Positions 42,451-52,689 of a DNA stretch of 64,000 nt are shown here, piece after piece. The position numbers were made by a program, and so were the translations under genes. Within the stretch, counting starts at the first letter, position 1; the number at the start of each line of letters is the position of its first letter. The notes beneath the pieces are model-generated. The model was given only the letters and a program-made list of their open reading frames with translations. It had not been told where the DNA came from and did not search any database. Source of the stretch: an uncultured delta proteobacterium (GTDB taxonomy: Bacteria > Desulfobacterota > Binatia > UBA9968); assembly GCA_963745035.1 (NCBI GenBank), contig CAVUVW010000027.1, forward strand, positions 256,001 to 320,000, read 5' to 3'.

Positions 42451-43346
42451 GCCCCGGCGGCTTGGCCCCGGCGCCCGCATCGGCGTGATCGCGCCGGCGG
42501 GCTCAGTCGAGCGCGGCCTGGTCGAGGCCGGGATGGACGCGCTCCGCGCCGAAGGCTTCGCGGTTGAAGCCGGGTCAAACTTATTCACCGCCGACGGCTA
42601 TCTCGCCGGGAAAGCCGAGGCGCGCGCGCGTGATTTAACCGATTTTTTTCGCCGATCGGACATCGACGCGATCTTTTGCGCGCGCGGAGGATTCGGCTCG
42701 GCTCAGTTGCTGCCGCACCTGAGCTTGGAGCTGGGCCGCTATCCGAAAATTTTTTTGGGTTACAGCGACGTGACGATTCTGCTCAATTGGCTGCGGCAGT
42801 TCTGCGGCATGGTCACCTTTCACGCGCCGATGGTCGCCATGGACATGGCGCGCGGCCTCAGTGACGCCACCAAGCGCCACCTATGGCCGCTGCTCAGGGG
42901 AGAGATGGCCGGATGGAAGATCGATCTCGGCGAAGCGATCCGACCGGGACAGGCGGAGTCGGAGATTATGGGCGGCTGCCTTTCCCTTCTCGTGACCACC
43001 CTTGGCACGCCCCATGAAATCCGATACGCGCGGGAAGCTGCTCTTCCTGGAAGACGTGGGCGAGAAGCCTTATCGGGTCGAGCGTATGTTGACCCATCTC
43101 AAAATGGCGGGAAAACTGGACGGGCCGGCGGGAGTGCTCTTGGGCGATTTTACCGATTGCGACGGCGACGGCCCCCGGGGAATTCGCGAGGTCGTTCATG
43201 AACTTTTTCGCGACGCGCCTTACCCCGTGGTCATGGGAATGAGGGCTGGGCACGGTCCGGAAAACCTTGCGTTGCCGTTCGGCGTCAAGATGCGACTGAA
43301 CGGAGACGCAACGAGTCTGACCATGCTCGAAGCGCCGGTCCTGTGA
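42437..43346 (+). CDS. ldcA: LD-carboxypeptidase (S66), frameshift near 43025
   Basis: IAPAG, ARGGFG, catalytic GYSD, GGCL, LFLEDV and GH motifs. Confidence 0.88.
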
Positions 43347-43477
43347 AACCGGTGCCCGGCACACTGAAGCGTTTGACTCCTCCAGAGTCGCGCCGCGGCG
43401 GGCAGAGTGTTCTGAGGTTACTGCGAACGATGAATAATCCGAGTTAGGCGGTTGTCTGCTCGTCCATCGGCAAGAGC

Positions 43478-44605
43478 ATGGATTTTCAATCGGTTGAAAG
43501 CGCTTTTCAGCGCGCCGTCACCGAGGGAGTGTTTCCCGGTGCGGTGGTGTTGGTGGGCCATGACGACAAGCTGGTTTACGAGCGGGCATTCGGCTGTCGA
43601 TCCCTGGAGCCGCGCGAGGCGGCCATGGAGATCGACACGATTTTCGATCTCGCCTCTTTGACCAAGCCGGTGGCGACAACGACTGCTTTCATGCTGCTGG
43701 TCAAGGAAAAAAAGCTCCGCATCGACGACCTGATCACCAGGGTGATTCCGATGTTCGGCGTGTTAGGCAAGAATCTCACTACATTTCGGCACCTGCTCAA
43801 TCATTCTTCCGGCCTGCCGGCCTGGAAAGGGTATTTTGAAGAAATTATCCGAAACGAGAAGGGCGGAAGACTCCATTTCGTCTCGAGCCGGGCGGCCAAG
43901 ACTTATGTCTACGAGCAGATTTATCGCGAGAAGCCGTTAAGCGCGCCGGGCGCCCGGTGTCTGTACAGTGATCTGGGCTTCATGATTCTGGGCGAGGCCA
44001 TCGAAGTTCTTACCGGCAATACGCTCGACCGCTTTTGCCAGGACAAGATTTTCAAGCCCCTGGGCCTGCGCGCCACGGGCTTTGTCGATTTGACGCAGCT
44101 CCGGACGCGCCGCCTTCACCCGGTGGAGGAGATGATCGCGCCGACGGAAAACTGTCCTTGGCGAAAAAAAATCCTGTGCGGCGAAGTGCACGACGACAAC
44201 GCCTACGCCATGGGCGGCGTGGCGGGACACGCCGGGCTTTTCTCTTCGGCTCGCGACGTGCACCAGTTTGTGCTGCGCATGGGCGAGTGTTTGCGCGGCA
44301 AAAGCGATTTCCTGCCGCAAGCGCTGGTGCAAGAATTCCTCAAGAAGGATGAGACTCCTGGGCACGGCAATTTTGCGCTGGGCTGGGATACGCCGTCGGC
44401 GGATGGCTCGGCCAGCGGGCGTCTTTTTTCCTCCCGCTCGGTTGGCCACCTCGGGTTTACCGGCTGCTCGCTTTGGTGGGATCTCGAAAAAAATTGCCAC
44501 GTCATTCTGCTCACCAACCGGGTTCATCCCTCGCGCAAGAACGAGAAGATCAAGGAATTCCGGCCCTTTATTCACGACGAAATCATGAAAGCGCTGTTTC
44601 CATGA
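43478..44605 (+). CDS. Serine hydrolase, class C beta-lactamase fold (AmiE/NamA-like)
   Basis: FDLASLTK (SxxK), YSDLGF, GEVHDDNA, GHAGLFS and GHLGFTG motifs. Confidence 0.88.
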   Translation: MDFQSVESAFQRAVTEGVFPGAVVLVGHDDKLVYERAFGCRSLEPREAAMEIDTIFDLASLTKPVATTTAFMLLVKEKKLRIDDLITRVIPMFGVLGKNLTTFRHLLNHSSGLPAWKGYFEEIIRNEKGGRLHFVSSRAAKTYVYEQIYREKPLSAPGARCLYSDLGFMILGEAIEVLTGNTLDRFCQDKIFKPLGLRATGFVDLTQLRTRRLHPVEEMIAPTENCPWRKKILCGEVHDDNAYAMGGVAGHAGLFSSARDVHQFVLRMGECLRGKSDFLPQALVQEFLKKDETPGHGNFALGWDTPSADGSASGRLFSSRSVGHLGFTGCSLWWDLEKNCHVILLTNRVHPSRKNEKIKEFRPFIHDEIMKALFP

Positions 44606-46023
44606 ACGAGACGCCGCCGGCGGGCAGCCACATTCACTTGATCGCGATCTGCGGCGTGGGCATGGCGTCGCTGGCGGGCCTGCTGCAAGCGCGCGGCTAT
44701 CGAGTTACGGGCTCCGACCAGAACATTTATCCGCCCATGAGCACCTATCTGGCGAGCATCGGCATCGACGTCTTGCCGGGTTTTCGACAGGAGCATCTTG
44801 CGCCCCGACCCGATCTGGTAATCGTCGGCAATGCCGTCCCTCGCACCAATCCTGAAGCGCAGACGATGCTCGAAGCGGAGATTTCGCATATTTCCTTTCC
44901 CCAGGCGCTGGGCCAGTTTTTGATCGGCCAGCGCTCTTCGCTCGTCGTCGCCGGCACCCACGGCAAGACCACTACCACGGCGCTGGCCGCGTGGGTGTTT
45001 GCCTGCGCGGGACTCGATCCGGGGTTCTTCGTCGGCGGCGTGCCGATTAACTTCGCCAGCGGCTGGCGCGTGGGCGCGGGCAATTACGTGGTCGTCGAAG
45101 GCGACGAGTACGACAGCGCCTTTTTTGACAAGGGACCGAAGTTTCTCCACTACCGGCCGCAGAGCGTGATCCTCACCAGCGTCGAATTCGACCACGCGGA
45201 TATTTACCGCGATCTCGATCACGTGAAGAGCGCGTTTCTTCGGCTGATGGACATCATCCCCGAGGACGGCACGCTGGTGGTTTGCGGCGATGATCCGGCG
45301 GCGCGGGAAATCGCCGCGACGGCGCGCTGCCGGCTGGTTACCTATGGCGAGGCCGCGGATGCCGACTGGCATCCCGTCAATATCGAGTTTCGCGCCGGCC
45401 GCGCCTTTTTCGAGCCGTGTTTCCGCGGAAAGTCCGAGGGACGCCTGGAGGCGGCGGTGCTGGGACGGCACAACGTCAAAAACTCCCTCGCGGTATACGC
45501 TCTCGGCCGGGCGTTGGGCATCGAGCGGGAGAGATTGCTCGAAGGTTTCCGCACCTTCGCGGGGGTGAAACGACGCCAGGAAATCCGCGGCGAGCAGCGC
45601 GGTATTTTAGTGATCGACGACTTCGCCCATCATCCGACCGCGGTGCGGGAGACGATCGCGGCGATTCGCGCGGGCTACGCCGGCCGCAAAATCTGGGCGG
45701 TCTTCGAGCCCCGCAGCAATACCAGCAAACGCAGCCTCTTCGAGGAGGAGTTCGCCGCCGCCTTGGCGCTTGCCGACCAGGTTGTGATCGCGCCGGTCTT
45801 TCAGCCCGAAAAGATAGCCGACGGGGAGCGCCTGTCGGTCGATAGCGTCGTCGAGCGGATCAGCCGGCTCTGCGGCGATGAGCGCGCCCGGAAGGCCGGC
45901 GGCGCGGCGGAAATTGCCGCCATGATTGGGCGCGATGCGCGTGCCGGGGACATTGTGTTGGTGATGTCCAACGGCGGTTTCGACAACGTGCATGACAAGA
46001 TTCTAAGCGCGCTAGCGGGTTAG
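44602..46023 (+). CDS. mpl: UDP-MurNAc:L-Ala-gamma-D-Glu-mDAP ligase
   Basis: ICGVGM, YPPMS, GTHGKTTT, EGDEYDSAFFDK.PKF, DDFAHHPTA, EPRSNT and MSNGGF motifs. Confidence 0.92.
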   Translation: MNETPPAGSHIHLIAICGVGMASLAGLLQARGYRVTGSDQNIYPPMSTYLASIGIDVLPGFRQEHLAPRPDLVIVGNAVPRTNPEAQTMLEAEISHISFPQALGQFLIGQRSSLVVAGTHGKTTTTALAAWVFACAGLDPGFFVGGVPINFASGWRVGAGNYVVVEGDEYDSAFFDKGPKFLHYRPQSVILTSVEFDHADIYRDLDHVKSAFLRLMDIIPEDGTLVVCGDDPAAREIAATARCRLVTYGEAADADWHPVNIEFRAGRAFFEPCFRGKSEGRLEAAVLGRHNVKNSLAVYALGRALGIERERLLEGFRTFAGVKRRQEIRGEQRGILVIDDFAHHPTAVRETIAAIRAGYAGRKIWAVFEPRSNTSKRSLFEEEFAAALALADQVVIAPVFQPEKIADGERLSVDSVVERISRLCGDERARKAGGAAEIAAMIGRDARAGDIVLVMSNGGFDNVHDKILSALAG

Positions 46024-46257
46024 GTACTGGCGGGCACACTCACGGCTGCAAAAAAAGCGGCCCGACTGGCCCACGGCGTCCGATCTGGGGATGTAGCTCT
46101 GGCATTGCGGGTCGAACACCATGTCTTCTCCGGCGGGTTCGGGTTTAAGCCTGCCGGAGGCGCCGGATTTGCCGCGTACGATCGATCTGATCGCCGTGAA
46201 AATCACGTAGAAAATCAAAAAGACAAAGGCGAGGCGGATCAGCACCATATCGGTCAC
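46012..46257 (-). CDS. Small membrane protein with YHS/TRASH-like Cys motif
   Basis: N-terminal TM helix; MV.DPQC.SYIP...FFCS.EC. Confidence 0.75.
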   Translation of the reverse strand: MTDMVLIRLAFVFLIFYVIFTAIRSIVRGKSGASGRLKPEPAGEDMVFDPQCQSYIPRSDAVGQSGRFFCSRECARQYLTR

Positions 46258-46272
46258 CGTAGCGCGATTCGG

Positions 46273-46776
46273 CTACGCGTGGTAGAGGTGGATTTTTTTT
46301 TCGTCTTTGACGTTGATCAGCAGCTCGCAAATCGTCACGCCCAGCTCGGGGTGGATAACCTGCGGCGCGATTTCGCTCAGGGGGATCAAAACAAATTTTC
46401 GGCTCGGCATCTCCGGATGGGGAATCCGCAAATTCTTCTTTTTCACGACCGCCGCGTCGTAGAGGAGAATGTCCAGATCGATGACGCGCGCGCCCCAGCG
46501 CTTTTTGACCTTTTTTCGGCCCATGGCGCGCTCGATATTCTTGAACTTCTTAAGCAGCATGTCGGGCTTGAATTTGGTCTCGATCTCGACGGCGCCGTTG
46601 ACGTACCAGTCCTTGGCGTCGCCCAAAGGCTCGCTCTCGTAAAGCGACGATTCTTTGATCACCCTGGTGTCGGGCAATTTGGTGAGCCGGTCGACGGCTT
46701 CCAAAAAGTTCTCCTTTTTGTTTCCCACGTTGGAACCGATCCCGACGTAGACCTGATGGGCTATCGTGTTTGCCAT
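46273..46776 (-). CDS. folK: 2-amino-4-hydroxy-6-hydroxymethyldihydropteridine diphosphokinase
   Basis: GIGSNVG, RWG.R.IDLDIL and IPHP...R.FVL.PL motifs. Confidence 0.95.
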   Translation of the reverse strand: MANTIAHQVYVGIGSNVGNKKENFLEAVDRLTKLPDTRVIKESSLYESEPLGDAKDWYVNGAVEIETKFKPDMLLKKFKNIERAMGRKKVKKRWGARVIDLDILLYDAAVVKKKNLRIPHPEMPSRKFVLIPLSEIAPQVIHPELGVTICELLINVKDEKKIHLYHA

Positions 46777-46798
46777 GCCGCCGTTTGGGGAAGGAATG

Positions 46799-47971
46799 TT
46801 ACAGCTTGACCTTGCGAATCCTTTCCGCAACCTCCCGCAGTCGTTCTTTGTCGACGCAAACCGTAAAGCGAACATAGCCTTCGCCGGCGTCGCCGAAGCC
46901 GTTGCCGGGCGTGGTTACGACTCCGGCTTCGTCGAGCAGTTTGGCGGTGAAATCGGCGGAGGAAAGTCCCTTGGGACAGGTGACCCACACGTAAAAAGTT
47001 GCGCGCGGTTTTTCGCATTCCAGGCCGACGGCGCGCAGCCCATCGACCAGGATGTCGCGCCGCTCCTGATAGATCTTGCGCGACGGCTCGACGATCGCAT
47101 CGCCCAAACGCAGCGCTTCGATCCCCGCTTCCTGCACCGCCTGGAATATTCCCGAATCCAAATTGGATTTGGCTTGGGCCAGGCCCGCGACGATATCCGG
47201 ATTTCCCACCGCCATGCCGATGCGCCAGCCCGTCATATTGAAGGTCTTGGAAAGCGAATGAAATTCGATGCCCACGTCGCGCGCGCCGTCCACTTCGAAA
47301 AAGCTCATGGGCCGATAGCCGTCATAGCCCATTTCGGTGTAGGCGGCGTCATGGCAGACGATCACGTTGTGCTTATTGGCGAAATCGACGACGCGTTGAT
47401 AGAAGCTCGCGTCCGCGACCGCCGCCGTGGGATTGTTGGGATAATTGATCCAGAGAAGCTTGGCCCGGGCAGCAACGTCGTTGGGAATCGCGTCCAGATC
47501 GGGCAAAAAGTGATTTTCCTTCTTGAGCGCCAGGAAGTAATTTTTGCCGCCGTTGAAGGCGGTGCCGATGTGGTAGACCGGATAGCAGGGGCTCGATACC
47601 AGCACCACGTCGCCGGGATCGACGAAAGCGACGGCCATGTTGCCGATGCCTTCTTTGGACCCGATCAGGGAGGTGACCTCCTTTTCCGAGTCGAGCTTGA
47701 CGTTGAACCGGGTCTGGTACCACTTTGCCACCGCATCGCGAAATTCTGCCATACCCGAGCTGCTGGGATAGCGGTGATTGACCGGCCGGCTGGCGCTTTC
47801 CATCAGTTTTTCAACCACCTGCGTGGGGGTCGGGATGTCGGGATCGCCGATCCCCAGATCGATCAAATCTACGCCGCGGGCTAACGCGGCGCGCTTGCGG
47901 CGGTCGATCTCTGCGAAAAGATAGGGGGGTAACTCTTTGATTCGTCGGGCTTTACTTACAGTGACAGGCAA
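46799..47971 (-). CDS. dapL: LL-diaminopimelate aminotransferase
   Basis: LPPYLFA, DLGIGDPD, GSKEGI, NYPNNPT and SLSKTFNMTGWR motifs. Confidence 0.88.
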   Translation of the reverse strand: MPVTVSKARRIKELPPYLFAEIDRRKRAALARGVDLIDLGIGDPDIPTPTQVVEKLMESASRPVNHRYPSSSGMAEFRDAVAKWYQTRFNVKLDSEKEVTSLIGSKEGIGNMAVAFVDPGDVVLVSSPCYPVYHIGTAFNGGKNYFLALKKENHFLPDLDAIPNDVAARAKLLWINYPNNPTAAVADASFYQRVVDFANKHNVIVCHDAAYTEMGYDGYRPMSFFEVDGARDVGIEFHSLSKTFNMTGWRIGMAVGNPDIVAGLAQAKSNLDSGIFQAVQEAGIEALRLGDAIVEPSRKIYQERRDILVDGLRAVGLECEKPRATFYVWVTCPKGLSSADFTAKLLDEAGVVTTPGNGFGDAGEGYVRFTVCVDKERLREVAERIRKVKL

Positions 47972-48082
47972 ATTTACATTTCCTCCGTGGCAAAATCGCC
48001 ACGGTTGTACCTGTTTTTTTGCTTTTTGACAACTGTCGATTCAGGCCGCATGGTAAGCTTTGCTTGGGAAGTGGGCACAACA

Positions 48083-48568
48083 ATGGACGTGATAGTCGAT
48101 GGATACAACCTGATCGGCGCCGAACGGGGCCTTGGAGAAGCGCTCGAACCGAAACGAAATTGGCTCGTGCAGCGGCTATCAGCTTATCGAAAAATCAAGC
48201 AGTTCAATCTGACGGTGGTGTTCGATGGTTGGCGCTCCGGGGCTGTCGAAGAGAATCTGCAAATCAAGGACGGCGTTTCGGTCGTGTATTCGCGGCTTGG
48301 CGAGAAAGCCGACGCGGTGATCATCCGCCTCGCCCGTGCAAAGGGCAGCGGATCAGTCGTGATCACCTCGGACCGAGAAATTCAAAAAGCCGTCGAGCGT
48401 TTCGGCGCAGTCGCAGTGTTCTCGGACGAGTTCAGCCGAATTTTGCGCAGCGTTGACGGCGGCAACGCAGGGGAGCTTGATGAGGACGGGTTCGATCATC
48501 TGGACTCACATCGCGGCTCCAAATCAGAACGGCGCCGCAAGGAAAAGCTCAGAAAGCTTCGGCTGTGA
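48083..48568 (+). CDS. NYN-domain (YacP/Rae1-like) ribonuclease
   Basis: IVDGYNL, VVFDG, ADAVI and VITSDRE motifs. Confidence 0.85.
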   Translation: MDVIVDGYNLIGAERGLGEALEPKRNWLVQRLSAYRKIKQFNLTVVFDGWRSGAVEENLQIKDGVSVVYSRLGEKADAVIIRLARAKGSGSVVITSDREIQKAVERFGAVAVFSDEFSRILRSVDGGNAGELDEDGFDHLDSHRGSKSERRRKEKLRKLRL

Positions 48569-48661
48569 ACAAATCGCCTGGCAAGGGCGGAGAATCAGCG
48601 TAACAACGAGGAGCAGGGCGCGGATCGATTGCACCGAGGCAGGCAGGTGACATCGGCTCGC

Positions 48662-49393
48662 TTAGTTTTTTTCCGGTTTATCGACCTCGGTCAAAAGGCC
48701 GTTGAGAAAGATCAGCACCGAGCCGTCTTTATAGAACCAGTGTTCTTCGTCGACTTTGGTAGGCGCGCGCAGCCTGGTAATGCGCATCGGCGGGCCGAGA
48801 ACCTGTTTTACCTCGCCGGTGTTCAGCCCGGGCATGGGCTGCTTGCGGATCGCGGCGTCTTTGACCGCGGCGGACCAGGGTTGGGATTGTATCCAGGCGA
48901 TACGTTCTTTTTCCTCGCTGGTTTGCTTTTCTTTTTTTCCTTTTTCTTCGGCGCGCGGATCGAGCGCGAGAATCGTCAAATTGAGCGCCTCATGAAAAGC
49001 TTCGGGCCGAATGTAGCCCACGTTGCCCGACTCGAACCTGACCGCGTAATACGGATTTTTTTTGGCTCGGCCGGCAAGATCGGTGATCACGAAGGAATCC
49101 GCGGGATTGGGCCGAATACTGGCGGCGCCGGGGGCGGGGGAGCTGAGAAACTCGGGCAGCCGTTCATCGGACGGACTTAGCCAGAAAGTTTTGCCGACCC
49201 GCGCGGCCAGCGCGTCGAGCTGCTTTTCCGTGTAATGATGGGAGGCGCGCGCGCCAGCCGGCGCCGAGAGCAGCAGCATGAAAACCAGCATACAACAGCG
49301 CGCGATCGCTCCTACGCCGTCGTAACGTCGACGATAGCCCGTCGGCGGCATCGGCGCCTGCTTATGCCCTCTCTGCGATTCTGATACGCTCAT
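48662..49393 (-). CDS. Exported hypothetical protein with SmpA/OmlA-like C-terminus
   Basis: Signal-like segment; C-terminal G....EV...LG.P ... E.W.Y ....F..G.L pattern; start codon uncertain. Confidence 0.6.
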   Translation of the reverse strand: MSVSESQRGHKQAPMPPTGYRRRYDGVGAIARCCMLVFMLLLSAPAGARASHHYTEKQLDALAARVGKTFWLSPSDERLPEFLSSPAPGAASIRPNPADSFVITDLAGRAKKNPYYAVRFESGNVGYIRPEAFHEALNLTILALDPRAEEKGKKEKQTSEEKERIAWIQSQPWSAAVKDAAIRKQPMPGLNTGEVKQVLGPPMRITRLRAPTKVDEEHWFYKDGSVLIFLNGLLTEVDKPEKN

Positions 49394-49454
49394 GGAAATG
49401 AGTCCAACGAATGTGCGCGCTTCGGTTACGTCTAAATTTAGACGTCAGACGATG

Positions 49455-49483
49455 GAAAAAGAAAAAGGGCCGATGGAGCCCTT
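49455..49483 (-). terminator. Terminator after the tRNA
   Basis: Minus strand AAGGGC-loop-GCCCTT followed by TTTCTTTTT. Confidence 0.55.
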
Positions 49484-49488
49484 CAATT

Positions 49489-49565
49489 TGGTTGCGGGGC
49501 CGGGATTTGAACCCGGGACCTCAAGGTTATGAGCCTTGCGAGCTACCAGACTGCTCCACCCCGCG
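49489..49565 (-). tRNA. tRNA-fMet (CAT), initiator
   Basis: 77 nt CGCGGGGTGGAGCAGTCTGGTAGCTCG-CAAGG CTCATAA CCTTG-..GTTCAAATC..GCAACCA; C1:A72 mismatch and encoded CCA. Confidence 0.95.
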
Positions 49566-49625
49566 CCATGAGTTGGAAGTAATCTTCTACCGCGCGTGTT
49601 GCGCGGAGTCAAGGTAGGGATCGCG

Positions 49626-50063
49626 ATGACCGGGAAATTTCGTAATCCGCTTCTCACCGTCGATATCATTATCGAGCTCTCCGACGGCATCGTGTTGATC
49701 GAGCGAAAAAATCCGCCGCACGGTTGGGCGTTGCCGGGTGGATTCGTCGATTACGGCGAGAGCGTCGAAAGCGCCGCGGTGCGCGAAGCCAAAGAAGAAA
49801 CTTCTCTCGAAGTCGTTTTGACCGAGCAGTTCTACACCTATTCCGACCCGGCGCGGGACGCGCGCCATCACACGGTGTCGACGGTTTTCATCGCCACCGC
49901 CCAAGGCGTTCCGCGGGGCGCCGACGATGCCAAGGCGGCGAGCGCGTTTCAGGAAGATTTTCTTCCGGCGCCGCTCGTCTTCGACCACGCGAAGATCCTG
50001 CGAGATTATTTCTTATTCAAGAAGACCGGCCGGCGGCCGAGACCCGAGCGCTCCGGCGGCTAA
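49626..50063 (+). CDS. NUDIX hydrolase
   Basis: Nudix box [24 protein letters not shown]; YSDPARD and FDH motifs. Confidence 0.92.
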   Translation: MTGKFRNPLLTVDIIIELSDGIVLIERKNPPHGWALPGGFVDYGESVESAAVREAKEETSLEVVLTEQFYTYSDPARDARHHTVSTVFIATAQGVPRGADDAKAASAFQEDFLPAPLVFDHAKILRDYFLFKKTGRRPRPERSGG

Positions 50064-51256
50064 CTCAGCTTTCCAACCGCGTCGCGAATTCGCGCCATGC
50101 CTTTTTCGATGTCTTCGAGCGAGGTCGCGTAGGAGAAGCGGATGTGCTCGTGGGAGCCGAAGTCTTCGCCCGGCACGGCGGCGACTTTGGCTTCTTCGAG
50201 GAGATAGTCGGCGATGTCGCAGGGCGAAGCGAGCTTTTTTCCTCGCCCGGTCTTGTTCAGAAGTTTTCCGACGTTGGGAAATACGTAGAATGCACCCTCG
50301 GGGTTCCGACAGCTGATCCCGTCGATGGCGTTCAGCCGCTCGACGATGACGTCGCGTCTCTTTTGAAATTCTCGCACCATAGCCGCGACGGTATCTTGCG
50401 GGCCGCGAATCGCTTCGAGAGCGGCCGCCTGGGCGATGGAGGTGGGATTGGACGTGCTCTGACTTTGAATTTTGCCGGCGGCAGCGATCACATCGCTCGG
50501 ACCGAGCGCATAGCCGATGCGCCAGCCGGTCATCGCATAGCTCTTCGACACGCCGTTGACGATGATCGTGCGGTCACGCAAAGCGGGAGAGAGAGTCAAA
50601 ATATTATGAACCTCGAAGCCGTCATAAACGATTTGTTCGTAAATGTCGTCGGCGAGAATCAGACAGTCGTGCTTTTCCAGCACGGCGGCGAGGGCGAGCA
50701 GCTCTTCGCGGTTGTAACATGCGCCGGTCGGATTGCACGGGCTGTTTAGAAAAAACACCCGGGTGCGAGGTGTCAGCGCAGCGGCGAGCTGCTCTGGACT
50801 GATGCGAAACCCAGCGGATTCCGCAGACGGAATGAGCCTCGGAACTCCTCCGGCCAATAAAGCCATGTCCGCGTAGCTCACCCAGTAGGGGGCGGGGATG
50901 ACGACCTCGTCTCCCGGATTCACGACCGCCTGTAAAATATTGTAGAGCGAATGCTTCGCGCCGCAGCTTACCAGCACGTCTTCCTTGCGGTAGCTCAAAT
51001 CGTGCGTCCGGCGATAGCTGTCGGCGATCGCTTCGCGCAGAGGCTCGATGCCTTTGACGTCGGTATATTTCGTCATGCCCTTGCGCAGGGCCTCGACTGC
51101 CGCGAGCTTGATATGCTCGGGAGTATCGAAATCGGGCTCGCCGGCGGAAAAGTTGACCACGTCGACGCCTTCGGCGCGGAGCTTGCCTGCCTTGGCGGCG
51201 ATCGCCAACGTCACTGAAGGCTTGATCAGCTTGGTTCTTTCGGCCAGTTGAGTCAT
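50060..51256 (-). CDS. aspC: PLP-dependent aspartate aminotransferase (class I/II)
   Basis: [26 protein letters not shown] and [10 protein letters not shown] motifs. Confidence 0.88.
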   Translation of the reverse strand: MTQLAERTKLIKPSVTLAIAAKAGKLRAEGVDVVNFSAGEPDFDTPEHIKLAAVEALRKGMTKYTDVKGIEPLREAIADSYRRTHDLSYRKEDVLVSCGAKHSLYNILQAVVNPGDEVVIPAPYWVSYADMALLAGGVPRLIPSAESAGFRISPEQLAAALTPRTRVFFLNSPCNPTGACYNREELLALAAVLEKHDCLILADDIYEQIVYDGFEVHNILTLSPALRDRTIIVNGVSKSYAMTGWRIGYALGPSDVIAAAGKIQSQSTSNPTSIAQAAALEAIRGPQDTVAAMVREFQKRRDVIVERLNAIDGISCRNPEGAFYVFPNVGKLLNKTGRGKKLASPCDIADYLLEEAKVAAVPGEDFGSHEHIRFSYATSLEDIEKGMARIRDAVGKLS

Positions 51257-51269
51257 GCGGATGAAACCC

Positions 51270-51764
51270 TTATCGCCGGAACTTCTCTTTGAGTTTTTTT
51301 AAGACGTTATTGGGCACCAAACCGGAAACGTCGCCGCCCAGGCTGACGACTTCCTTCACCAGCCGGGAGCTGGTGTAAAATTCCGATTCGCCGGTCATCA
51401 TGAACAGGGTTTCGAGCTGGGGCTTCAGCCGATGATTCATCAGCGCCATCTGAAACTCGTATTCAAAATCCGACACGGCGCGCAGGCCGCGAATGATCAC
51501 GGTGGAGCGCTTGCGCTCGGCATAATCCACCAGCAAGCCTTGAAACGAATCCGCTTCCGCCCGGCCTTTCATGTCCGAGAACACTTCGTTGATCATCCGC
51601 AGGCGCTCTTCGACGGAAAACAGCGAGTGGTCCTTGTCGGGGTTGGTGGCGATCGCGACGATGACTTTGTCGAAGACGCGGAGGGTGCGTTTGACGAGAT
51701 CGACGTGGCCGTTGGTGATCGGGTCGAACGATCCCGGGTAAATCGCGACGTTACTAAGGGTCAT
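51270..51764 (-). CDS. coaD: Pantetheine-phosphate adenylyltransferase
   Basis: YPGSFDPITNGH and RGLRAVSDFEYE motifs. Confidence 0.97.
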   Translation of the reverse strand: MTLSNVAIYPGSFDPITNGHVDLVKRTLRVFDKVIVAIATNPDKDHSLFSVEERLRMINEVFSDMKGRAEADSFQGLLVDYAERKRSTVIIRGLRAVSDFEYEFQMALMNHRLKPQLETLFMMTGESEFYTSSRLVKEVVSLGGDVSGLVPNNVLKKLKEKFRR

Positions 51765-52348
51765 GTCCTTCTATCCTCGGGAGTTGAATGGATCGCAGTG
51801 GGAGCTTCGTAGAATGATAGCCGAGTATCACCATAACGGCGCTGATCGTGCAACCGGAGCGGCCCATACTCCGGGCTTACCGCCTCACGCGCGCTGTGCT
51901 CGATGACCAACGTTCCCGGAGCGCGCAATAAAGCGCATCGACCGATGAGCTCGAGGGACCGGCCGGCGAGTTGCTCATCGTAAGGCGGATCGAGAAAGAT
52001 GTAATCGAAGCTGTCGCGCCGGCGCGCCAAGGACTTGAGCGCGCGCGCCACCGGCGCGGTCCAGACTTCGGTTTGCGCGGCGAAGCCCAGACGCCGTAGA
52101 TTTTCCCTAATGGTCGCCGCCGAGCGCGGCGAAAAGTCGATCAAGACCGCGTGAGCGGCGCCGCGACTTAGCGCTTCGATGCTCAGATTGCCGCTTCCGG
52201 CAAACAAGTCGAGCACCCGCGCGCCGGAAAAATCGCGGGGCAAAATATTGAACAAGGACTCCTTGACCCGGTCGGCCGTCGGCCGGACCGCTTGTCCTTT
52301 GGGTGCCCGCAGGCGGCGCCCTTTTGCTGCTCCTCCGATAACGCGCAC
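51761..52348 (-). CDS. rsmD: 16S rRNA m2G966 methyltransferase
   Basis: RPT.DRVKESLFN, LDLFAGSG and DPPY motifs; upstream of coaD. Confidence 0.94.
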   Translation of the reverse strand: MRVIGGAAKGRRLRAPKGQAVRPTADRVKESLFNILPRDFSGARVLDLFAGSGNLSIEALSRGAAHAVLIDFSPRSAATIRENLRRLGFAAQTEVWTAPVARALKSLARRRDSFDYIFLDPPYDEQLAGRSLELIGRCALLRAPGTLVIEHSAREAVSPEYGPLRLHDQRRYGDTRLSFYEAPTAIHSTPEDRRT

Positions 52349-52603
52349 TCAGTTTACCTCTCTGCGCCGGCGCCGATCCGCAAATGATCGTTGCCGGGGC
52401 GGCTCATTCACGCCGTCCGCGCCGAGAACGCGCGGGAAAGAATCCACGCAGGCTGCGCCGGCGCGCGCCAAGTCGATGCGATTGACGGCGGCCGCCTTCA
52501 ATTTGACGATGACGTCGTCTTCGCGCCGCAACGCCGGCTCGTCGCCGTCTTCATAGCGCAATTGGTCGACGCCGCCATAGGCGTGAATCCGTACCGCTTT
52601 CAA
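52349..52603 (-). pseudogene. Truncated N-terminus of an MDR/quinone oxidoreductase
   Basis: LKAVRIHAYGG...V.VKLKAAAVN.ID....P.VLG.DG, then similarity is lost after about 65 aa. Confidence 0.6.
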
Positions 52604-52689
52604 GGAAAAGACCCGGAGGAATATAATTTTCGTAGCAGGACGCGCCGGGTGAGTCAAAGAACTCGCGGCACGCGCTGGGGATTGGCGTG

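Noticed and set aside
43478-44605. Antibiotic-resistance beta-lactamase
   Set aside because: No signal peptide, YSD in place of YxN, and a peptidoglycan-recycling context all favour an amidase/esterase.
49400-49600. tRNA-anchored genomic island
   Set aside because: No integrase or duplicated tRNA 3' end was seen, and the flanking genes are ordinary chromosomal genes.
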